This document shows, in pieces, positions 57,700 to 64,000 of a DNA stretch of 64,000 nt (positions within the stretch are counted from its first letter, which is position 1; the number at the start of each line of letters is the position of its first letter). Origin of the DNA: Bdellovibrionota bacterium (GTDB taxonomy: Bacteria; Bdellovibrionota; UBA2428); the NCBI GenBank assembly GCA_964201665.1, contig CAXNEW010000003.1, positions 13,284-77,283 of the forward strand, written 5' to 3'. Under the pieces are notes generated by a model. The model was not told where the DNA came from and made no database searches. It saw nothing but the letters and a program-made list of their open reading frames with translations. A program made the position numbers and the translations under genes.

Positions 57700-58245
57700 A
57701 TGTCGTTTAAGATCTGCATCTATCATATGTTAAATTTTAAACTCATAAAGTGGGGTATTTTCATGTCGTTCTTACAATTTTTTGGAATTCAAAAATCGCT
57801 CGGTGCTGAACTTAAGATCGGCGACCCGGCTCCGGTAGTTTCGGGTGTGAGAGAAACCGGAGAAAAAGTGAATTTGAGCGATTTTACCCAAAAGGGAAAA
57901 GTTTTGGTTTATTTCTACCCAAAAGCCGACACTCCAGGCTGTACGGCCCAAGCCTGTAGCCTGCGCGATTCCTATGCTGCCTTGCTTGAAAAGGGAATTA
58001 CAATTTTTGGCGTGAGCACCGACAATGTCGAAACACAAAAAAAATTCAAAGAAAAATATCGTCTGCCCTTTGCCCTTGTTGCTGACACCGATAAAAAGTG
58101 GACCGAAGGTTTTGGCGTTCCAACGACCTTTGGCTTTACGGCTAGGCAGGCCTTTCTTGTTGATGGTGGAAAAATAGTTTGGCTTGATCGCTCAGCCTCG
58201 ACCAAAGAGCAGGCCGCAGACGTCTTAAAGTTTGTTGGAAAGTAA
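57700..58245 (+). CDS. bcp: peroxiredoxin Bcp, possibly exported
   Basis: Carries 'YFYPKADTPGCTAQAC'. The N-terminal ~35 aa are hydrophobic, so a signal peptide or a later start is possible. Confidence 0.88.
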   Translation: MSFKICIYHMLNFKLIKWGIFMSFLQFFGIQKSLGAELKIGDPAPVVSGVRETGEKVNLSDFTQKGKVLVYFYPKADTPGCTAQACSLRDSYAALLEKGITIFGVSTDNVETQKKFKEKYRLPFALVADTDKKWTEGFGVPTTFGFTARQAFLVDGGKIVWLDRSASTKEQAADVLKFVGK

Positions 58246-58448
58246 TCCAAATCTGTTGACATTTTTTGTCACACACCTGCATCAACTTTAGGCGCCTACC
58301 TTTCAACCTTAACTTGAACCCTGCAATTGAGTCCGCGTTAAGTTCTTGATATTAAAGACATTTATTTAGTTGCAGAAATCAAGAGTTTTGGCACTGAGAT
58401 TGCAGGTCTATTAATAACTCGATTTGCAATAACAAGAAAACTCTTCAT

Positions 58449-59048
58449 ATGAAAAGATTTAAACTCAAAATTTTTTTTCTCTTTTTGATTTCACTAGGAG
58501 TTTTTATTTTGTGGAAACAGAACTTCGTTACAAAAAATTCAGTTATTCCTCAAGCTCCGATTAATCGAGTTTCTAACACAAATACCCAGAAAGCTTTGCC
58601 TGCCAAAAGCTCTCTGGCAAGCCAGGCTTTTAACCATGAGAATTTGGAGAAGGATGAAGAGAAATCACAAAATTTGTTTTTAGCTAAAAAACTTGAAGAT
58701 TTTGATGCCCCCGAAGCTGCTGTTTACCGTGACGAAGTCGAAGCTGATCCTCATACAACACCAAACTCGCTTTTGTCCTTTGCACGCGATCTTACACCTC
58801 ATGTTGAAAGGGCTCTCACAGTGGAGTCCTACGCTCCTTCTGTGATGGATTTTTTAGAAAAATGCGCCTTGGGCAATGGCCCTAGCGGTGAAGGCACTCC
58901 CTCGGCGGCAAAAGCCAGTTGCTTGGTCAATGCCAGCCGTTTACAGAGGGCACATCCCGAAGTTTTTTCTGAGCGATTTGAGGCTTTAAAATTAAATGTT
59001 TCAGCCCATGTATTGAAATTGGCTCGCGGAATTGGTCTCAAGGAATAG
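58449..59048 (+). CDS. membrane-anchored hypothetical protein (199 aa)
   Basis: N-terminal TM 'IFFLFLISLGVFILW'. The stop lies 2 nt before the next ATG, whose AAGGAA SD sits inside this gene's 3' end. Confidence 0.5.
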   Translation: MKRFKLKIFFLFLISLGVFILWKQNFVTKNSVIPQAPINRVSNTNTQKALPAKSSLASQAFNHENLEKDEEKSQNLFLAKKLEDFDAPEAAVYRDEVEADPHTTPNSLLSFARDLTPHVERALTVESYAPSVMDFLEKCALGNGPSGEGTPSAAKASCLVNASRLQRAHPEVFSERFEALKLNVSAHVLKLARGIGLKE

Positions 59049-59050
59049 AA

Positions 59051-60676
59051 ATGAATAAATTCCATTACAAACATTTTTTATTTATTTTGTTTTTCGCGAT
59101 CTCAGCTTGCGGGCCGACCTATCGCTACGATGCGGCCTCGGGGCTTTGTAGAAACAAAAACGGTGACGTGGGTTACAACAAGGATTCCATCGAAGAATGC
59201 GGGCTCGTATCAGGCGAAAAAAATGATTATCGAGACTTTAAAGCCTCCAAAGGTGAAAATCTCAGCGGCCTTCGCATAGAAAATACCGACCTTAGAAATT
59301 CTAATTTTTCGGGAACCAATTTGACAGGAGCCCTTTTTATTTCTGACAAAAAAAAACAAACGAGTTTGAGCAAGGCATTGTTTAAGAACGCAAATCTTTC
59401 AGGAGTTGAGTTTGATATTCATTATTCAGACATGGCTGGCCAAACAAATCTGTCAGGAGCAACGATTAACGAACACACGGTTTTTCCGGGACTTTATTTT
59501 GATTTTCATGGGCCAAATTCAGCCCAAGATTATGGAATTAGTGTCCTTGGGAATGGGGTAAATTTTTCATTTTCAAACTCCGATGCCACCCCAGAACTCA
59601 AAAGTATTCTCTCAAATTCTATGCAAGCCTCTCACAAGGCCCTTGCCTATACCGATTTTGCAAGACTACGTGGAGGACTTTATTCTACAACAGGTGATTC
59701 TGAAATCTTTGGTGGTCCAGCCTCTCAGGATGCCTTTCAGTTTGTGAATTCAAGAGTTGGCTACTGGACCTCTTCTTACGAAGCCCCTGGGGTCATAGCC
59801 TTTAATGTTACAACAGGTCTTTTTTTAAGGACACTCAAAGACGATTTCAAGAAAGATGCAGATCGGGTTTTTAGTAACTTAAATCAAAGTGGAAGTGCAC
59901 TGCCCCATCTTAGCCTGCCGCCGGCTCGGGGAATTGATTTAGACTCTTGGCAGAATCAAGCCGTGCTCACGAGTTCAGGCCAAACTCCAAGCTTTAGAAT
60001 TAATGGCAGCACTTTCACTCTAGACTCACACTCTGACGGAGGAGTCGGTGCCTTTTCAAATTCTTACATGAACATGGAAATTCCCCAGTTAAAAAGGCTT
60101 TCGACTTTGGTGCATGAATCCCGTCATAGCGAATGTCGAATTCCAGTACGACTTGCACAGACTTATGAAAATTTAGTGGAAAGGCTTTCCCTGGTTGATG
60201 CTGAGGTAAATCAAATTCGTTTAAATAAAACCCAAGGCAAACTTTCGGACCTTGAGATGAATCAATTGATTGAAGCTAAATTTGCTGGAGAAAAGGGTTT
60301 GTTTGATGAAATCAAAGTTTTTGCCAATCTTGTGTTTAAAGATAAAAAACCTGACGGATCCCCTTCATATGACATGGTCGACTGTGGATTTGACCACATC
60401 GATTGCCCCTTAAATCATCCCACTATCGGGCTCCAGGGTTTGGAGGGGGCCTGTGATGACAACCCCGTTGGCGCCTATGGAGTTGGCTATAAATTTTTAG
60501 TTTCGGTCGCAGAAGATTGCCCCAGCTGCAAGGCCGTCGAACGCGAACAGGCGAGAATAAAGGCTGCTGATTCTCTAGATCGTTATGTCGGAGATGATTT
60601 TCCTGAGCTGATTCGCGAGCGCGACCCAGGGCCCCAACAAATGGGATTTCCTAAAATCAACTTGGATGGGATTTAG
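59051..60676 (+). CDS. lipoprotein with pentapeptide repeats and a C-terminal HExxH region
   Basis: Lipobox 'FFAISAC'. Pentapeptide repeats are 'LSGLRIENTDLRNSNFSGTNLTGALF' and 'FKNANLSGVEF'. 'VHESRH' starts at nt 60113. Confidence 0.65.
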   Translation: MNKFHYKHFLFILFFAISACGPTYRYDAASGLCRNKNGDVGYNKDSIEECGLVSGEKNDYRDFKASKGENLSGLRIENTDLRNSNFSGTNLTGALFISDKKKQTSLSKALFKNANLSGVEFDIHYSDMAGQTNLSGATINEHTVFPGLYFDFHGPNSAQDYGISVLGNGVNFSFSNSDATPELKSILSNSMQASHKALAYTDFARLRGGLYSTTGDSEIFGGPASQDAFQFVNSRVGYWTSSYEAPGVIAFNVTTGLFLRTLKDDFKKDADRVFSNLNQSGSALPHLSLPPARGIDLDSWQNQAVLTSSGQTPSFRINGSTFTLDSHSDGGVGAFSNSYMNMEIPQLKRLSTLVHESRHSECRIPVRLAQTYENLVERLSLVDAEVNQIRLNKTQGKLSDLEMNQLIEAKFAGEKGLFDEIKVFANLVFKDKKPDGSPSYDMVDCGFDHIDCPLNHPTIGLQGLEGACDDNPVGAYGVGYKFLVSVAEDCPSCKAVEREQARIKAADSLDRYVGDDFPELIRERDPGPQQMGFPKINLDGI

Positions 60677-60706
60677 CAAACTGCTGAAAAAGGAGTGACT
60701 GCGGCA

Positions 60707-62263
60707 CTAGGATTCGGACAAATCCAGGTAGTGAGTTCCTACTGAACGACGATTTCTAAGGGCGGCATACAGAGTTAGCGTTGCCACTAGAACTCCATTC
60801 CGAAGCCCTAAAAGCTCGTCAGAAATTTCTGCTTTTTTGTAGAAACTTTCAATTTCAGTTCTTAGTTCAACAAGAATTTTTTCTGCTCTTCTGAGCCTTC
60901 GCTCTGTTCTCACGAGTCCCATATAATTCCAAAGTGTTTGGCGCAAAAGTTGCCAGTCCTGGGTCAGAAGCGCAGGATCTTGCTTTTGACTTTCTGATTC
61001 CCAGCTACGCGGAATAAAATCAAAATGGGTTCCCATATTTTTCGACTCCATTGCAGAATGAATGCCCGCCGATTCTCCCCACACAAGGGCCTCCAGAAGG
61101 GAGGTTGAAGCAAGGCGGTTGGCTCCGTGCACGCCCGTACAGGCCACCTCTCCGCAGGCATAAAGACCTGGCAAATTGGTTTTCCCCTCAAGATCAGTCC
61201 AAACTCCGCCCAGAGTGTAGTGGGCCGCCGGTACAACGGGAATCAATTGTTTTTTCGGGTCCAAACTCTGTTCGCTTAAAAGCTTGCATACAGCAGGAAA
61301 TCGATTTTCCAAATTTTCAATTGGGGTTAAATCCAGCCACACATGAGAAAGATCGGACTTCATAATTTCAGAGTGAATTGCTCGTGAAACCCTATCCCGT
61401 GGAGCTAATTCATCAACAAAGGGTTCATGCTTGGAGTTAAGAAGCTTAGCTCCCTCTCCTCTTAAAGCTTCGGTCAAAAGTTTGCGAGGTTTGTTTGGCA
61501 GAAACAAAGCCGTCGGATGAAACTGCACATACTCTAAACCCAAAGTTCGAGCTCCGGCTCGATGGGCCAGGGCAATACCATCTCCGCGACTGGTTGAAGG
61601 TCCCGTTGAATGTAGAAACAAACTCGAAAATCCTCCGGTCGCTAGGATTGTCGTTTTTGAAACAACGGATCCAACTTCATTGTGAGCGCGCGAAAAACAG
61701 TAGGCTCCGCAAACTCGAGATGCCGAAAAAACTTTAGCCTGCCTTTCGTCATTTCTATTGGAAAGCAAAAGTTCGACTGCCACTGCATCAATGAAAGTTA
61801 TTTTGTTTTTAACACGTTCAGAATTTAGGAGGCCCCCGAGTCCAGCCATAATAGCAGAACCGGTGGAATCTTTGCAGTGAAGAATACGGTGGCTTTGATG
61901 AGCAGCTTCTAAATTTAAATCAAGCTCGGATTCTCTGCCTCCAACGCGGTCAAAGGGAATCTTGGCATTTTCTAGAAGCCATTTCCGAACAGCCAAAGGC
62001 CCATTTTTCAAAATCATTTCTACGGCGGGTTGAAAATTTTCTTTGCAACCGGCCTCTAACAAATCTTCACGAAGTTTGTCGGGATCACCCTCTCCTTGAT
62101 AGACAATTCCTCCCTGTGCCCAATCAGAGGCCGTAGACGGAAGTCCAACGAGGGCCACCTTGCCTGCGCCAGCCTCAATGGCCGAAAGGGCAGCAATTCG
62201 ACCGGCCAAACCTTGTCCCAGAATTAAAACATCAAAAATCTGGGTGGGAAAAATCGAATTCAC
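60707..62263 (-). CDS. nadB: L-aspartate oxidase
   Basis: FAD motif 'DVLILGQGLAGR', plus 'HPTAL' and 'GLYACGEVACTGVHGANRLASTSLLE'. GTG start. Confidence 0.92.
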   Translation of the reverse strand: MNSIFPTQIFDVLILGQGLAGRIAALSAIEAGAGKVALVGLPSTASDWAQGGIVYQGEGDPDKLREDLLEAGCKENFQPAVEMILKNGPLAVRKWLLENAKIPFDRVGGRESELDLNLEAAHQSHRILHCKDSTGSAIMAGLGGLLNSERVKNKITFIDAVAVELLLSNRNDERQAKVFSASRVCGAYCFSRAHNEVGSVVSKTTILATGGFSSLFLHSTGPSTSRGDGIALAHRAGARTLGLEYVQFHPTALFLPNKPRKLLTEALRGEGAKLLNSKHEPFVDELAPRDRVSRAIHSEIMKSDLSHVWLDLTPIENLENRFPAVCKLLSEQSLDPKKQLIPVVPAAHYTLGGVWTDLEGKTNLPGLYACGEVACTGVHGANRLASTSLLEALVWGESAGIHSAMESKNMGTHFDFIPRSWESESQKQDPALLTQDWQLLRQTLWNYMGLVRTERRLRRAEKILVELRTEIESFYKKAEISDELLGLRNGVLVATLTLYAALRNRRSVGTHYLDLSES

Positions 62264-62269
62264 AGATTT

Positions 62270-63175
62270 TCAAATCCAATCAAGCGACATGTCTATGGCT
62301 CGAACACTATGGGTGAGGGCGCCAACACTCAGCCTGGAAATACCTGGACACACAAACTGAGAAATATTCTCTAGATTCAACGAACCCGACACTTCCAAAA
62401 AAACTCCGGTGGGATTGAGTTCCCGACCTGCGAGTTCCACTTTTTCGGGTGTGAAATTGTCTAAAAGTAAATGCCGAGCACCGGCCTCGGAAGCCATGCG
62501 GGCTTCCTCAATATTTTCAACCTCGAATTGAGCCTCGGGATGATAAGAAACAACAAATTTGACAAGGTCAGAAAATTTTTGATTTTGCCCCAATAAAATA
62601 AATTTATGGTTTTCTTTAAACAGCACGCGTTCTTCGAGATTTTTTCGATGCTCAAAACCACCACCTGCTAGAACGGCCTTAACTTGTAAATCTCTCAAAA
62701 GCGGCAAGGTTTTGCGGGTGTGATAAATCTTTGGCATTTTTTCTTCGCTCAATCCCAACTCATCTTTCCAACGCTTCTTCACTTTTTTCACAAAAAGGGA
62801 TGTTACACTGGCTGTACCACAGAGAGCCTGAAGCAAATTAATAAGGGATCTTTCGACTTGAAGTATTTTTTGCCACGGACCCCGACCGTTCACGATAACA
62901 CTTCCAGGAGTAAAAATTTCTCCCTCTCTCCAACGTGTACTCATGTCCAGACCGGAAACTTTCGAAATGGCCGATATCCACTCGATACCTGAAAAAACGC
63001 CTTCTGCTTTTGCTGACACAATAAAACTTTGATTGAACTCATTTTTTTGGTTCTTTAACTTTAAAAATAAATCCAGCTGTTCAGTTGTTTTATCTAAGCT
63101 AGCTCGGTCTTCTCGAAGGGCCCATTCGGCAAGCTGAATGGCCGACAGGTGCTCAAAACTCTCATTGGCACTCAT
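62270..63175 (-). CDS. nadC: nicotinate-nucleotide pyrophosphorylase (quinolinate phosphoribosyltransferase)
   Basis: Contains 'HTRKTLPLLRDLQVKAVLAGGGFEHR', 'LLLDNF' and 'LEVSGSLNLENI...LSVGALTHS'. Confidence 0.88.
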   Translation of the reverse strand: MSANESFEHLSAIQLAEWALREDRASLDKTTEQLDLFLKLKNQKNEFNQSFIVSAKAEGVFSGIEWISAISKVSGLDMSTRWREGEIFTPGSVIVNGRGPWQKILQVERSLINLLQALCGTASVTSLFVKKVKKRWKDELGLSEEKMPKIYHTRKTLPLLRDLQVKAVLAGGGFEHRKNLEERVLFKENHKFILLGQNQKFSDLVKFVVSYHPEAQFEVENIEEARMASEAGARHLLLDNFTPEKVELAGRELNPTGVFLEVSGSLNLENISQFVCPGISRLSVGALTHSVRAIDMSLDWI

Positions 63176-63178
63176 AAT

Positions 63179-64000
63179 CTAATTCATTCCTTGTAATTTC
63201 AACATTTGTTCAAGGGCTAGGCGCGCTGGATTTTTTATTTCAGGGGGCATTGGAACCGCTTCCAGATTTTGATCACCCTCACGGATTGAAATCAGGGTTC
63301 GTTCGAGTTTTTGCAAATTCACTTTATACATTGTGGGACACAGGGAACGAAACAATGCCTCAACTCGAATTTGGGGATTTTCGCGTCTGAGCCTATCCAC
63401 TAAATTGATTTCAGTTCCCACAAAAACCTGGGTCTTGGCGGGCAACTTGGAAATATAGTTTACTAAAAATTCTGTACTGCCGACGGCATCTGCCCGTGAG
63501 ACCACTTCCTCTGTACATTCAGGATGAACAGCAATTTTTGCATTCGGAAAGTGCTCGCGAATAAAATTAACGTCCCTAAGGGTGAATTTCATATGAACCG
63601 GGCAATGCCCATTCCAAAGTAGCAATCGGACTCCATTCAGACTGTCGATGCCTCCATCGGGCTTTGAGGGGTACCAAATTTTCATTTCTGAATCTTTGAG
63701 TCCCATCGCTTTACCTGTATTCCGACCCAGGTGTTCATCAGGAAAAAACAAAACTAAATCTGATTTTGCCCAAGCCCACTCCATAGTTTTAGCCGCATTA
63801 CTCGAGGTACAGACCACCCCACCATGCCTTCCAGTGAAGGCTTTTAATGGGGCATGGGAATTCATGTAGGTAACTGGGCTCATCGATCGCCCGGCAAAAT
63901 CAGCCCTCGAAGTTAAAGTTTTCCAGGCATACTCAACAGAATCCATTGGAGCCATGTCGGCCATAGGACAACCCGCTTCAGGCTCAGGATGATATACTCG
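63179..64000 (-). CDS. nadA: quinolinate synthase (5' end beyond the window)
   Basis: The frame stays open to the window edge (…RVYHPEPEAGCPMADMA…). The Fe-S Cys context 'AGCPMADM' and 'HPEC' are present. Confidence 0.9.
   Translation of the reverse strand, partial: RVYHPEPEAGCPMADMAPMDSVEYAWKTLTSRADFAGRSMSPVTYMNSHAPLKAFTGRHGGVVCTSSNAAKTMEWAWAKSDLVLFFPDEHLGRNTGKAMGLKDSEMKIWYPSKPDGGIDSLNGVRLLLWNGHCPVHMKFTLRDVNFIREHFPNAKIAVHPECTEEVVSRADAVGSTEFLVNYISKLPAKTQVFVGTEINLVDRLRRENPQIRVEALFRSLCPTMYKVNLQKLERTLISIREGDQNLEAVPMPPEIKNPARLALEQMLKLQGMN

Noticed and set aside
1-64000. Search for CRISPR arrays, transposases, integrases, phage genes, rRNA, and defence or toxin-antitoxin modules.
   Set aside because: I saw no regularly spaced direct-repeat array, no recognisable transposase, integrase or phage motif in any listed ORF, and no rRNA-like sequence. 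Absence is judged by eye only.

Overview
This is a gene-dense, moderately AT-rich 64-kb bacterial chromosome segment with about 58 CDS and one tRNA. I found no rRNA, CRISPR array, transposase, integrase or recognisable defence or toxin system. The gene content includes a TIGR02147-like HTH paralog, many signal-peptide orphan proteins, PrkA, a PilZ protein, and an IF3 with a C-terminal tail like Myxococcus Dsg. That suggests a Bdellovibrio-like or former deltaproteobacterial lineage, but this is a low-confidence inference. Most genes are housekeeping. There are two haem loci: hemA plus a degenerate hemC-like gene, and slt-hemC/D-hemE-hemY-hemH, separated by a ~5-kb accessory block of secreted proteins. 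The rest, in order, is NupC and SNF transporters; overlapping rnc-era-der; a respiratory block; plsC-miaE-GT; tRNA-Arg(TCT) followed by orphan ORFs; a DEAD-box helicase; a signalling neighbourhood (PilZ, small CCCH protein, PrkA, pseudo-receiver-TPR); MIPS; thrS-infC-rpmI-rplT-pheS-pheT-merR; speA; cdd; yedI; bcp; and nadA-nadC-nadB. The best candidate for something undescribed is the respiratory block: an orphan NuoC-NuoD-NuoI Q-module with no nuoA/B/E-H/J-N. It is packed head-to-tail with a membrane-anchored HEAT-repeat protein, a Rieske protein, a split cytochrome b and a 975-aa octahaem cytochrome c carrying a long coiled coil. Secondary observations are a catalytically degenerate HemC paralog with a polycationic tail beside hemA, a 326-bp ORF-free structured spacer, small hairpin/inverted-repeat elements, a 52-aa lipoprotein gene below the ORF-track length cutoff, and a pentapeptide-repeat/HExxH lipoprotein. 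All homology calls come from by-eye motif recognition. No database search, folding or statistics was run. The ORF track takes the longest ATG/GTG/TTG ORF, so several starts are uncertain, and I note alternatives where I see them.
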